Part shown: one piece after another, positions 9,019-17,720 of the stretch
Layout: every line of letters begins with the position of its first letter
Numbering within the stretch: position 1 is the stretch's first letter
The notes under the pieces: model-generated
Told to the model about the DNA's origin: nothing
Databases searched by the model: none
What the model saw: only the letters and a program-made list of their open reading frames with translations
DNA from: Desulfotalea psychrophila LSv54
GTDB lineage: Bacteria > Desulfobacterota > Desulfobulbia > Desulfobulbales > Desulfocapsaceae
Assembly: GCF_000025945.1 (NCBI RefSeq)
Contig: NC_006138.1
Span: 1,800,001 to 1,832,000, forward strand
Reading direction: 5' to 3'
Length of the DNA: 32,000 bases
Position numbers and translations under genes: made by a program

Positions 9019-9493
9019 ACTTGTCTGTGTCCAAGGTATCCTGGGCGTAGATAGCCTCTATCTGTTGCAGATGATCGTCTGTCTCTTCTCTTAAGAGTTC
9101 CATGGTCTTCTCCGTGGCTGCTGAGGCACCGGTGAAGCTTGTAAAAATATTTTTTTCAATCAGGGCTCGTTCAAAGGAGGCTGCCTGCATAAGTGCTCTT
9201 TGATCATCTATCTCTCCCGCTTTAGCCTGGGAAATTGTCTGCAGTAATAATTTTTGAAATACCTTGAGACTTGGTGCTGTTATTTTGGCCCCATCAAAGA
9301 TGGTGATGCCCTGCTCTGTTGCCTTGGCCAGTTGTTTTAACCATTGCGCATGCTTTTCCTCCTCTTTTGCGAGGCCGAGCCACAGGTCTTTGTTGTTTTG
9401 GAGTTTCTCTGCGAAGATCGTGTAGAGACGCTGGAGGAGGGTCTCCTGTTCAATGAGTAGGGCGATTATTTCTTCTTGATCCGATGTTAACAT
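9017..9493 (-). CDS. Small ferritin-like/rubrerythrin-like four-helix protein, copy 1
   Basis: 158 aa; 'EQETLLQRLYTIFAEK...LWLGLAKEEEKHAQWLKQL...AASFERALIEKNIFTSF...LLREETDDHLQQIEAIY' helical with ferritin-like E...EExxH spacing. SD GAGGAGC upstream of ATG. Confidence 0.75.
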   Translation of the reverse strand: MLTSDQEEIIALLIEQETLLQRLYTIFAEKLQNNKDLWLGLAKEEEKHAQWLKQLAKATEQGITIFDGAKITAPSLKVFQKLLLQTISQAKAGEIDDQRALMQAASFERALIEKNIFTSFTGASAATEKTMELLREETDDHLQQIEAIYAQDTLDTDK

Positions 9494-9545
9494 AAGAGCT
9501 CCTCATTTTTTAATGAACTATTGTGAACTCGTCCCTATCTTCTCG

Positions 9546-9574
9546 ATTATACAGCTGATCTTAAAATAATACAA
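9546..9574 (-). promoter_or_regulatory. Candidate promoter of ferritin-like copy 1
   Basis: Minus strand TTGTAT (9574-9569), 17 nt, TATAAT (9551-9546); the surrounding sequence is conserved with the copy 2 upstream region. Confidence 0.65.
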
Positions 9575-9741
9575 AAGATGGAGAGGCTTAGTTAGCCTGA
9601 AACCTTAAGCCATCGATGATGATAGTCAAGTGGCGTCCGGAGTGTGGATAACGGGACGCTTTGCGGTTTAGATCTCTGCCGTTTATTAACTTGGGGATGG
9701 AGACCTTGCCCGAGTTAAAGGCTTTTATTAAGTTAGCTATA

Positions 9742-9778
9742 GGCGCAGATAAGGGGCTAGTGAGCCCTTTTCTGCGCC
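9742..9778. other. Strong intergenic hairpin between the two ferritin-like copies
   Basis: GGCGCAGATAAGGGGCT-AGTG-AGCCCTTTTCTGCGCC; about 16 bp stem with one mismatch/bulge, no T-tract. Confidence 0.7.
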
Positions 9779-9786
9779 GTAAGCTA

Positions 9787-10263
9787 CTACTCCTCAGCTG
9801 ACAGGATGAGCAGGGCGTAGAGTGCCTCAACCTGTTGAAGGTGGCCGAGGGGTTGTTTTTTGAGTTGCTCTAAGGCCTTTTCTGCCGCAGGAGATATGTC
9901 TGAAAAGCTGGAAAAAATATCATTTTCTATTACTGCCCGCTGGAAGGAGGCTGCCTGGATTAAGGCCCTTCTTTCATCCAGTTCTCCCGTTTCTGCCTGG
10001 CGAATCGCCTGTTTCAATGACTGTTGAATTGCCTGTAGTGAGGGCGCTGTAATTTTATTTTCATCAAAGGTGGCGATACCCTGTTGGCTGGCCTCGGTAA
10101 GTTGTTGCAACCATTTTTCCTGGGTGGCTTCCTCCTTGGCGAGTTTTTGCCAAAGAGGTTTGTTGTATTGGGGGCTATGGCTGAATGTTGTGTAGAGCTG
10201 GTGGAGAAGTGTTTCCTGCTCTAGAAGCAGTTGAATTATTTTTTCTTGATCGGGTGTTAACAT
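9787..10263 (-). CDS. Small ferritin-like protein, copy 2 (tandem paralogue)
   Basis: From internal start MLTPDQEKIIQLLLEQETLLHQLYTTF... it is exactly 158 aa, like copy 1, and aligns without gaps over its length. The ORF track's longer N-terminus (to 10386) reads through the duplicated promoter region. Confidence 0.75.
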   Translation of the reverse strand: MLTPDQEKIIQLLLEQETLLHQLYTTFSHSPQYNKPLWQKLAKEEATQEKWLQQLTEASQQGIATFDENKITAPSLQAIQQSLKQAIRQAETGELDERRALIQAASFQRAVIENDIFSSFSDISPAAEKALEQLKKQPLGHLQQVEALYALLILSAEE

Positions 10264-10336
10264 AAAATTGGCTCCTTGTCGTTTTGCGGCAGAATTTTTT
10301 TGATGAATTACTATGAAATCGCCTCTGTACCTCTCA

Positions 10337-10365
10337 AGTATACAGCTGATATTAGAATGATACCA
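10337..10365 (-). promoter_or_regulatory. Candidate promoter of ferritin-like copy 2
   Basis: Minus strand TGGTAT, 17 nt, TATACT, with 'ATCAGCTGTATA' shared with copy 1. Confidence 0.5.
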
Positions 10366-10404
10366 AAAATCTGAAGACTTAGGCAATAAGTCCTGAAATT
10401 TTAA

Positions 10405-11319
10405 TCAGGCTGAGCTATGGATAGGGGGGGTATGTTTCATGGCCTGTTTGTGGAAGAGGTTATTGCTGGCGAGGGTGAGGAGGATGGCAAAGGATGCCGC
10501 TGCCAGGCCGAGGAGGACATTGTAAAAAGGCGGTGCTGCCAGAGCGATGCGGATAATGAGGGTGGCCAGGGCATAGCCGGAGTTTCTGAATATGGCATAA
10601 AAAGATGGTTGAAAACATTGGGAGCTGAGGACCAAGAGAATATCTGCCAGGATCAGGAGGGTGTAAAAATCATGAAAGAAGTCGCCGTGGCTGATGCCCA
10701 TCAGGGTGTTAAGCATGCTCCGCAGGCCCATAATGATGAAGAATGTGAGGAGGAGGAGGGCAACACCCTTTTTGATGGCGACAAAGGCATAGAGATCCGT
10801 TGAGGTTATCTGCTCAGCGCAACTCCTCTTTTGGATGATATAATAGAGGCCGAGCAGTGAAAAGATGAGGAGGGCTCCAAAACCGTTGGAGAGGATGCGC
10901 AATATGGCCTCTTCGTTGCCCGCATAGCTTATGGGCTCGGGGAAGTAGGAGAGTTCCTTAAAGGCGTTTCTCATTAGGATCAGGGAAAAAATTTCAAATT
11001 GGGTGCCCACGGAGCGGGAGAATGAGCGGGGAATGCTGAAAATAAGGCTGATAACCTCCAGGATGAGCACAACCGTAAATGCTGCCTGAACGGCATAGAA
11101 GTGGTTGAGAGGCAGGATGGTGGCGATCCCTTCCGGTAACCATCCCTGCCGGTTACATTCGATGGCGATGATGCTGGCAATGAAAAAGAGCATAAGTGTG
11201 GCCGCTATTTTTCTATGTATCTTTTCATGCTCCCATAGATGATAGAGCGGATCGAAGATATAGGTGATTTTCTCGTAGAAAAAATGCATGCAGGGCCACT
11301 TTTTTGCCGTCCTCAGCAA
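10405..11319 (-). CDS. Uncharacterised polytopic membrane protein
   Basis: 304 aa with multiple hydrophobic segments (e.g. 'KIAATLMLFFIASIIAIE', 'VVLILEVISLIFSIP', 'GVALLLLTFFIIMGL'); likely start may be the internal ATG at 11289 (MHFFYEKI). Confidence 0.65.
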   Translation of the reverse strand: MLRTAKKWPCMHFFYEKITYIFDPLYHLWEHEKIHRKIAATLMLFFIASIIAIECNRQGWLPEGIATILPLNHFYAVQAAFTVVLILEVISLIFSIPRSFSRSVGTQFEIFSLILMRNAFKELSYFPEPISYAGNEEAILRILSNGFGALLIFSLLGLYYIIQKRSCAEQITSTDLYAFVAIKKGVALLLLTFFIIMGLRSMLNTLMGISHGDFFHDFYTLLILADILLVLSSQCFQPSFYAIFRNSGYALATLIIRIALAAPPFYNVLLGLAAASFAILLTLASNNLFHKQAMKHTPPIHSSA

Positions 11320-11359
11320 AGAGCCTTATAGAGACTCTTTGTTAAGAATCTTTTAGGGA

Positions 11360-11542
11360 CTAGGGTAGCTTGTTTATTGAAGGGATGCGATGCTTTGCCC
11401 ATCTATTGTGCGCCATCCAATAACGGCCCAGGCCATCTTGAAATCTATATACGGGAAGATTTGTTGTCTTGTCGTTGAAATAGAATTCAATTTCTTTCAT
11501 CGGTCTGCCGCCGGTGATGGTGAAGAAGGTCTTTTTCATCAT
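11360..11542 (-). CDS. Small uncharacterised protein (60 aa)
   Basis: MMKKTFFTITGGRPMKEIEFYFNDKTTNLPVYRFQDGLGRYWMAHNRWAKHRIPSINKLP; SD-like GAGAGGAG about 9 nt upstream of ATG. Confidence 0.5.
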   Translation of the reverse strand: MMKKTFFTITGGRPMKEIEFYFNDKTTNLPVYRFQDGLGRYWMAHNRWAKHRIPSINKLP

Positions 11543-11745
11543 AGCTTAAATCTCCTCTCTCTGTTGGTCAAAAAATAGCCGTCCCTCTCCGCCGGACAGC
11601 TGTATAAATAGTCCTACATAAAGAATATATTCAAGCTAACTAAGCTTATTGGTGGCAGAAGGAACAAGAATCTGACTATTTGATGATGAGCATTAACACA
11701 CCCTTAGAAATCATTCTATAATAGATGGAGGGGAGATGTAAATAG

Positions 11746-11775
11746 AACAGGCCTATTTAAAGACCTGTTTTTTTT
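11746..11775 (+). terminator. Terminator-like hairpin after lolD
   Basis: AACAGG-CCTATTTAAAGA-CCTGTT followed by a T-run on the plus strand; lies just past the minus-strand lolD stop (11785). Confidence 0.45.
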
Positions 11776-11784
11776 GTGGCGAAG

Positions 11785-12459
11785 TTATTCTTCTTGCAAG
11801 CTACCGTCGAGAAGGGTTACGCAACGATCCATGCGGGCAGCAAGTTCATTGTTATGGGTTACCATAATGGTCGCCAGTTGTCGTTCCTGTCCGAGGTTTT
11901 TGAGGAGATCAAAGACGATCTCTCCAGATCTGCTATCAAGGTTTCCCGTGGGCTCATCGGCCAGGAGGATGGCGGGGTTCATGATCAGGGCTCGGGCCAG
12001 GGCCGTCCTCTGCTGTTCACCACCGGAGAGATTGGTTACCTTGTGCTCCAGGCGGTGATGCAGTTCTACCCGACGAAGAAGATCTTCTGCATTAGCCCTT
12101 GATTCGGCATTGTTTTTGCCGCCGATAAGGGCGGGCATCATGACGTTTTCCAGAGTGGTGAATTCGGGCAAGAGGTGGTGAAATTGAAAGATAAAGCCAA
12201 GGGAGGCATTGCGGAAGGCGGCAAGCTCTCTTTCGTTTTTCTCATCCACCGCGCACTCTTTGAAGTAGAGCTTGCCACTGCTTGGTTTAGTCAGGGTGCC
12301 CAGTATCTGGAGCAGGGTCGTCTTGCCCGAGCCCGAGGCTCCGACAATGGCGGTCATGGTGCTGTGTTCAATGGAGAGATTGATCCCTTTTAAGACGGGG
12401 AGGATCTCATCGCCACTCTGGTAATTTTTGCTGATGTCTTTTGCTGTATAAAGGGTCAT
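11785..12459 (-). CDS. lolD: Lipoprotein-releasing/LolD-type ABC transporter ATP-binding protein
   Basis: 224 aa; Walker A 'GASGSGKTT', signature 'NLSGGEQQRTALARALI', Walker B 'ILLADEPTGNLD', 'FIFQFHHLLPEFTTLENVMMP' typical of LolD. Confidence 0.9.
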   Translation of the reverse strand: MTLYTAKDISKNYQSGDEILPVLKGINLSIEHSTMTAIVGASGSGKTTLLQILGTLTKPSSGKLYFKECAVDEKNERELAAFRNASLGFIFQFHHLLPEFTTLENVMMPALIGGKNNAESRANAEDLLRRVELHHRLEHKVTNLSGGEQQRTALARALIMNPAILLADEPTGNLDSRSGEIVFDLLKNLGQERQLATIMVTHNNELAARMDRCVTLLDGSLQEE

Positions 12460-13692
12460 TTAAGAGAGTACCTCGCCAGGTCGAACCTGAGCAGCCTTCC
12501 ATGAAGGATAGAGGGTGGCAAGCAGGGTGATAATAATAGAGCAGGCGGCAACAATGATCACATCGCTTGGAATCACCTGGATTGGCAGGGTGGTCATGGG
12601 ATAGACGTTGGCAGGCAGCTCGATGAACTTATAGCGTGAGAGTAGCTGGCAGAGGCCGAGGCCACCCGCTACGCCTAAGCCGGTACCCAGAAAGGCAATG
12701 ACCAGTCCTTGGAAGAAGAATATCCTCATTATAGAGCTGGATGTTGCTCCCATGGATTTTAGTATAGCAATATCCTTGGTCTTTTCCATAACTACCATGA
12801 TGAGGGCGCTGACGATGTTCAGGGCGGCGACCAGGATGATCAGGGCCATGCAGATAAACATACCGATCTTTTCCAGTTTGAAGGCGGCAAAGAGGTTCTG
12901 GTTCATCTGCATCCAGTCACGGACGACATAGAGTGAGCCGAGACTTTTTCGAATTGTGGCGGCGATTTGGTCGGCACTGTCGAGTTTGTTATGGTCGACG
13001 GTTACCTCTATACCGTGGGCAAGGTCACCGCTTGCCAGAAAGTTCTGGGTGTTGGCGATGGACATATAGGCGAGGGTAGAGTCGTACTCGTACATGCCGG
13101 TTTCAAAGATGCCGCTAACCTGACAGGTGGTAATTTTGGGGATGACGCCCATGGGGGTGAGGGGACCCGAGGGTGAGATAAGGCGTACCTTGTCGCCCTG
13201 GCCGACCCGTAAATTTTTGGCTAGGTTTTTACCGATAATAATATTGGGCACCCGAGTTGTTTTATCGGTGAGATTGTCTACCTTACCGGCAATCATCTGT
13301 TCTGGGAGGCCAAGGACGCCCACTGCTGTTGTGGGATCAATACCGCGCAGGACCACGCCGCTACCACCGCCTCGGGGGCTGCTCAGTAGCGTTTGGGCAT
13401 AAAGATATGGAGTTGCTCCCCGAACATTGGGCAGGGCTATGATCTCTTTTCGCACGTTCAGGTAGTCGTACATTTTGCCGCCCTGTTGTTGGACGATAAT
13501 ATGAGCGTTAACGCCGAGTATCTGGTCGCGAAGGCTGGTGGTGAATCCGGAATAAACAGCCATGACCACGATGAGGGCAATAACCCCGACGGTGATGCCG
13601 GCGATGGATATAAGAGAGATAAGGGAGATGAAGCGTTGCTTGTGTTTAGCCCGTAGGTATCTCAGGCTGATGAACCACTCATACATGGGCAA
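12460..13692 (-). CDS. lolC: LolC/LolE family lipoprotein-releasing permease
   Basis: 410 aa; 'FISLRYLRAKHKQRFISLISLISIAGITVGVIALIVVMAVYSGF', 'KTKDIAILKSMGATSSSIMRIFFFQG'. Abuts lolD. Confidence 0.9.
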   Translation of the reverse strand: MPMYEWFISLRYLRAKHKQRFISLISLISIAGITVGVIALIVVMAVYSGFTTSLRDQILGVNAHIIVQQQGGKMYDYLNVRKEIIALPNVRGATPYLYAQTLLSSPRGGGSGVVLRGIDPTTAVGVLGLPEQMIAGKVDNLTDKTTRVPNIIIGKNLAKNLRVGQGDKVRLISPSGPLTPMGVIPKITTCQVSGIFETGMYEYDSTLAYMSIANTQNFLASGDLAHGIEVTVDHNKLDSADQIAATIRKSLGSLYVVRDWMQMNQNLFAAFKLEKIGMFICMALIILVAALNIVSALIMVVMEKTKDIAILKSMGATSSSIMRIFFFQGLVIAFLGTGLGVAGGLGLCQLLSRYKFIELPANVYPMTTLPIQVIPSDVIIVAACSIIITLLATLYPSWKAAQVRPGEVLS

Positions 13693-13750
13693 TTTGGGGG
13701 GCTAAGAATGAAAGGGGATAGCCGTAGGGCCATCCCCTTATGATATCAAA

Positions 13751-15262
13751 CTATTTTTTTTCTACTTCCTTGTCCTGCTTCTTTGTCTCGGCTTTGAGAT
13801 GTGGGAAGAAGATAACGTCTCTGATTGACGGACTATCTGTCAGAAGCATGGTCAGGCGATCAATGCCGATACCCTCTCCGGCAGCAGAAGGCATGCCGTA
13901 TTCCAGGGCGCGGATATAGTCGTGATCAAGCTCTGGATGGATCTCTTCGTCATCGCCACGCTCTGCAATTTGCTTGGCAAAACGCTGGTACTGATCGACG
14001 GGATCGTTCAACTCACTGAAGGCATTGGCCAACTCACGACCGGTGATGAAGAGCTCAAAACGATCGGTGGTGCTTGGGTCTTCGTCGTTACGGCGGGCAA
14101 GTGGAGAAACCTCTGTTGGGTAGGAGGTGATAAAGGTTGGGTCGATAAGCTTCTCTTCCACCAGAAGTTCGAAGAGTTCGGTCATCGCCTTACCGTGACC
14201 TGCGGTCTCTTCGAGTCTGATGCCCTTCTCTTTGGCCAGGGCGATGGTTGCCTCGGCATCTGCCATGATTTCAGGGGCAATGCCTGCAACCTTGGTCAGA
14301 GACTCCTGCATGGTCATACGTTGCCATGGTGGTGCCAGATTAACATCGGTGCCTTGATATTGGATCTGCATGGAACCATTCACCTTTTCACAGGCAGTAG
14401 ATACCATCTCTTCGGTGATATCCATCATATCCTCGTAGGTGGCATAGGCCTGATAGAATTCAAGCATGGTGAATTCCGGGTTATGGCGGGTAGAGAGTCC
14501 CTCGTTACGAAAGTTACGATTGATTTCAAATACACGCTCAAGGCCACCAACAAGCAGGCGCTTGAGATAGAGCTCAGGTGCTACCCGTAGGTAGAGGTCC
14601 ATATCAAGGGCATTGTGATGGGTCTTAAAGGGCTTGGCGGTGGCACCACCTGGAACAGCCTGCATCATCGGAGTCTCAACTTCCATAAAACCACGGTCGC
14701 TGAGGAAATCACGGATATGACGAATGATCTCTCCGCGTTTGCGGAAGACTTCGCGGCTCTCCGGGGTAACGATGAGGTCAACATAGCGTTGACGATAACG
14801 GGTCTCCACATCGCTCAGTCCGTGCCATTTGTCGGGCAGGGGGCGGAGGGATTTGGAGATCATCTGCACGCTACTCGCTGCGATGGAGAGTTCGCCCACC
14901 TTGGTCTTAAAGAGGTGACCCTTGATACCAACAATGTCACCGATATCCCATTTTTTAAATTGAGCAAAGATCTCTTCGCCGATCACATCTTTTTTGATAT
15001 AGATCTGAACACGGCCGGTCTTGTCCATGACCTGAAAGAAGGCAGCCTTACCAAACTTGCGCATGGCCATAACCCGGCCCGCAACAGAATACTCTGTCGT
15101 GCTTTCGTCGTGCTGCTCTGCCACCAGAGATTCTCCCATGGGAAGAACTTGGGCTACACTGTGGGCGGGATGAAAGGTATTGTCGTACAGCTTAACGCCG
15201 AGATCTGCAAGTTCTGCTGCTTTTTCTCGTCGTTGTTGAAGGGTCTTATTATCTGTGCTCAT
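13751..15262 (-). CDS. lysS: Lysyl-tRNA synthetase, class II
   Basis: 503 aa; OB-fold N-terminus, 'FMEVETPMMQ..PGGATAKPFKTHHNALDMDLYLRVAPELYLKRLLVGG', 'EFTMLEFYQAYATYEDMM', motif 3 'GEGIGIDRLTMLLTDSPSIRDVIFFP'. Confidence 0.97.
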   Translation of the reverse strand: MSTDNKTLQQRREKAAELADLGVKLYDNTFHPAHSVAQVLPMGESLVAEQHDESTTEYSVAGRVMAMRKFGKAAFFQVMDKTGRVQIYIKKDVIGEEIFAQFKKWDIGDIVGIKGHLFKTKVGELSIAASSVQMISKSLRPLPDKWHGLSDVETRYRQRYVDLIVTPESREVFRKRGEIIRHIRDFLSDRGFMEVETPMMQAVPGGATAKPFKTHHNALDMDLYLRVAPELYLKRLLVGGLERVFEINRNFRNEGLSTRHNPEFTMLEFYQAYATYEDMMDITEEMVSTACEKVNGSMQIQYQGTDVNLAPPWQRMTMQESLTKVAGIAPEIMADAEATIALAKEKGIRLEETAGHGKAMTELFELLVEEKLIDPTFITSYPTEVSPLARRNDEDPSTTDRFELFITGRELANAFSELNDPVDQYQRFAKQIAERGDDEEIHPELDHDYIRALEYGMPSAAGEGIGIDRLTMLLTDSPSIRDVIFFPHLKAETKKQDKEVEKK

Positions 15263-15376
15263 TAAATTGCCTTTAGAGAGAGTATGTGGAATATGTGATA
15301 CACCTACCAGATGTGACGAAAATAGTCGCTTCGCCGATCATCCTTTATTGTATAATGTAGGAATGCAATCCTATAG

Positions 15377-15405
15377 CAATTACAGAGAAAGAGGTGTTCT
15401 GTCAA
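15377..15405 (-). promoter_or_regulatory. Candidate lysS promoter
   Basis: Minus strand TTGACA (15405-15400), 17 nt spacer, TAATTG (15382-15377). Confidence 0.4.
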
Positions 15406-15429
15406 TTCTTTTCGTATTTTTGTCCTGTT

Positions 15430-16194
15430 CTAACGTAAACTTGCAACAAAGGGCCCCACTGCCTTCGGGCCATTTTCGTCCACCAGGCGGATGGTTTGTG
15501 AACCAATAACCGCCATATCGGCCTTGCCTATGAGTGCCTGCACATCAGCCTTGGATTTAATGCCAAAGCCCACTGCCAGTGGTAGGGTGGTGGCTGCTCT
15601 GCAGTTGGACAGATAGTTGTCAAAGTTTTCATCGAGAGCAGAGTTATTGCCCGTCACCCCGCGTCTTGCGGCGCAGTAGATAAAACCTGTAGCTGAGCCT
15701 GCCAGGGTCTTCATTCTTTCCGGGGTGGAGGTGGGGGCGTAGATAATAATGGGGGCAAGCTGGTACTGCTCTGCATAGGCAAAGTAGTCTTCCCCCATCT
15801 CAGGTGGCAGGTCAGGGACGATAAGGCCTTTGATACCCGCCTCTTTGGCATCCTGAAAGAACCTCTCCTCCCCGTACTTAAAGACGATATTGTAGTAGGT
15901 CATAAAGAGGAAGGGGATTTGGTGTTTGCGGGTCATCTCCCGGGCAAAATCAAAACACTGAGCAACCCGGGTGCCTCGGGCCAGGCTCTCCTGATTTGCC
16001 TTCAATATGACTGGGCCATCGGCCATGGGCTCTGAGAAGGGGATCTGCATTTCAATACAGTCCACCCCATTTTTAACCATCTGCTCTATCACCTCCCGGT
16101 TTGCCGCAAAGGAGGGATAGCCCAGGACAATATGGGTCATGAGGAGGATATCTTTATCTTTTTTCTTTTCGCGCAGTATTTTTTCCAAAGTCAT
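15430..16194 (-). CDS. trpA: Tryptophan synthase alpha chain
   Basis: 'DCIEMQIPFSEPMADGPVI', 'FLFMTYYNIVFKYG', 'GLIVPDLPPE', 'GFIYCAARRGVTG', 'PLAVGFGIKSKADV'. Confidence 0.94.
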   Translation of the reverse strand: MTLEKILREKKKDKDILLMTHIVLGYPSFAANREVIEQMVKNGVDCIEMQIPFSEPMADGPVILKANQESLARGTRVAQCFDFAREMTRKHQIPFLFMTYYNIVFKYGEERFFQDAKEAGIKGLIVPDLPPEMGEDYFAYAEQYQLAPIIIYAPTSTPERMKTLAGSATGFIYCAARRGVTGNNSALDENFDNYLSNCRAATTLPLAVGFGIKSKADVQALIGKADMAVIGSQTIRLVDENGPKAVGPFVASLR

Positions 16195-16293
16195 CTGTCC
16201 GTACCTTTTTTATCGAGGAACTCTTTGTCAGGGTAAGCTTGGAGAAAGAGTTCTTTTTTTCAGTCAGGGGTTGCCGGTTTTTAAGGGCAGAGT

Positions 16294-17526
16294 TTAGCCT
16301 TTTTGATATTCCCGGGCTCGCTCAATGATAAATTCCTTCCAGGAGGGGTCATTGAAGGCGTGGGCCACGGTGAAGATATCCTTGTCGCCGCGACCGGACA
16401 TATTGATGACGATGGCATCCTCAGGAGATAGATCGCTTGCCTCCTTAAAGGCCTGGGCAAAGGCATGGGCTGATTCGAGGGCAGGAATAATACCCTCTTT
16501 TTTCATGGTCAGCTCCAGGGCAGCCAGTACTTCAGTATCCGTTGCCGCCTCAAAACGTACCCTGCCCTCCTCCCAGAGATGGCTGAGAATAGGACTGACG
16601 CCCACATAATCAAGACCTGCCGCCACGGAATGGGTTTCCCGCATCTGTCCGTCATCGTTTTGGAGAAACATGGTCTTATACCCTTGGGCAACGCCTGGGC
16701 TGGCATCTCCTCCGGCCAGGCGGGCGGCATGTCGGCCTGTTTCAAGGCCGTCGCCACCTGCTTCAACGCCTACGAGTTCAATTTTTTTGTCCTCTAGGAA
16801 TCCCTGGAAGATGCCCATGGCGTTGGAACCACCACCAACGCAGGCATAGACCCGTTTGGGTGGCCTGCCGTGGTATCTCTCGATCTGTTCCCGAGCCTCA
16901 GTGCCGATGATGGATTGAAACCAGGAGACCATTTCGGGAAAGGGCGCGGGGCCGCAGGCTGTGCCCAGTACATAGTGGGTGTCATCGATATTGCTCACCC
17001 AGTCGCGAAAGGCCTCGTTGATTGCATCCTTAAGGGTGCGGGAGCCATCCTTTACCGGCACTACGGTGGCCCCCATCTTCTCCATCCAGAAAACATTGGG
17101 CCGTTGGCGCTGCACATCCACCTCGCCCATATAGATGGTACATTCAAGACCGAATTTGGCAGCCATGGTGGCCGTTGCCACTCCATGTTGTCCTGCACCT
17201 GTTTCGGCAATAACCCGTTTTTTACCCATCCTCTTCACCAGAAGACCCTGTCCCATGACGTTATTTGCCTTGTGGGCACCCGTATGGTTAAGGTCCTCCC
17301 GCTTTATATAGATCTGAGCTCCGCCAAAATGTTTGGAGAGATTTTCAGCATAGGTCAGGGGGGTCGGTCTGCAGGAGTAGGTGGACATCAGCTGTAGATA
17401 TTCCTGCCAGAAGCTCGGGTCATTTCTGGCCTGCTGGTAGGCCTCTTCGAGTCGGTCAAATGTCTCTCTTAATATTTCAGGAAGATAAACTCCGCCCCAG
17501 TTACCAAAAAAACCTTTTTTGTTCAT
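16294..17526 (-). CDS. trpB: Tryptophan synthase beta chain
   Basis: 410 aa; 'GRPTPLTYAENLSKHFGG'-like region, 'KREDLNHTGAHKANNVMGQ', 'AETGAGQHGVATATMAA', 'GTACGPAPFPEMV', 'VGGGSNAMGIF', 'SGRGDKD'. Confidence 0.97.
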   Translation of the reverse strand: MNKKGFFGNWGGVYLPEILRETFDRLEEAYQQARNDPSFWQEYLQLMSTYSCRPTPLTYAENLSKHFGGAQIYIKREDLNHTGAHKANNVMGQGLLVKRMGKKRVIAETGAGQHGVATATMAAKFGLECTIYMGEVDVQRQRPNVFWMEKMGATVVPVKDGSRTLKDAINEAFRDWVSNIDDTHYVLGTACGPAPFPEMVSWFQSIIGTEAREQIERYHGRPPKRVYACVGGGSNAMGIFQGFLEDKKIELVGVEAGGDGLETGRHAARLAGGDASPGVAQGYKTMFLQNDDGQMRETHSVAAGLDYVGVSPILSHLWEEGRVRFEAATDTEVLAALELTMKKEGIIPALESAHAFAQAFKEASDLSPEDAIVINMSGRGDKDIFTVAHAFNDPSWKEFIIERAREYQKG

Positions 17527-17639
17527 CTCTATGGATCCTCTCTTGAAGTCAGTGTCGAAAGTGTATCTGCGTATAGTAACACTTCTGCTGTGAAAGAAAA
17601 CTCTTTTTTCTGTCTAATCATTGCGGGGAATTTTTTTGG

Positions 17640-17667
17640 TAAATAAATCAATTCAGTGGGACGATAA
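17640..17667 (+). promoter_or_regulatory. Possible sigma28 (FliA)-like promoter upstream of fliW
   Basis: TAAATAAA (17640-17647) N12 GACGATAA (17660-17667); compare established consensus TAAAGTTT-N11-GCCGATAA. Confidence 0.3.
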
Positions 17668-17720
17668 TAAGAAAAAGATTTTATAGTCGAGTCACCCATC
17701 TAGTACAGGAGAAAAAAATT

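Noticed and set aside
9588-9830. 80-aa minus-strand ORF between the two ferritin-like genes
   Set aside because: Spans the hairpin and overlaps the 3' end of copy 2; basic/Ser-rich translation, no SD evident.
10264-10386. 41-aa N-terminal extension of ferritin-like copy 2 in the ORF track
   Set aside because: The extension translates the duplicated promoter region; copy 1 shows the true start at MLT.
10417-10803. 128-aa plus-strand ORF, Asp/Glu/Gly-rich
   Set aside because: Shadow ORF antisense to a membrane protein; charged composition is the expected mirror of hydrophobic codons.
13922-15265. Long plus-strand ORFs (222 aa and 216 aa) over lysS
   Set aside because: Antisense shadows of the highly conserved lysS; no independent SD or family signal.
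16870-17397. 175-aa plus-strand ORF over trpB
   Set aside because: Antisense shadow of trpB.
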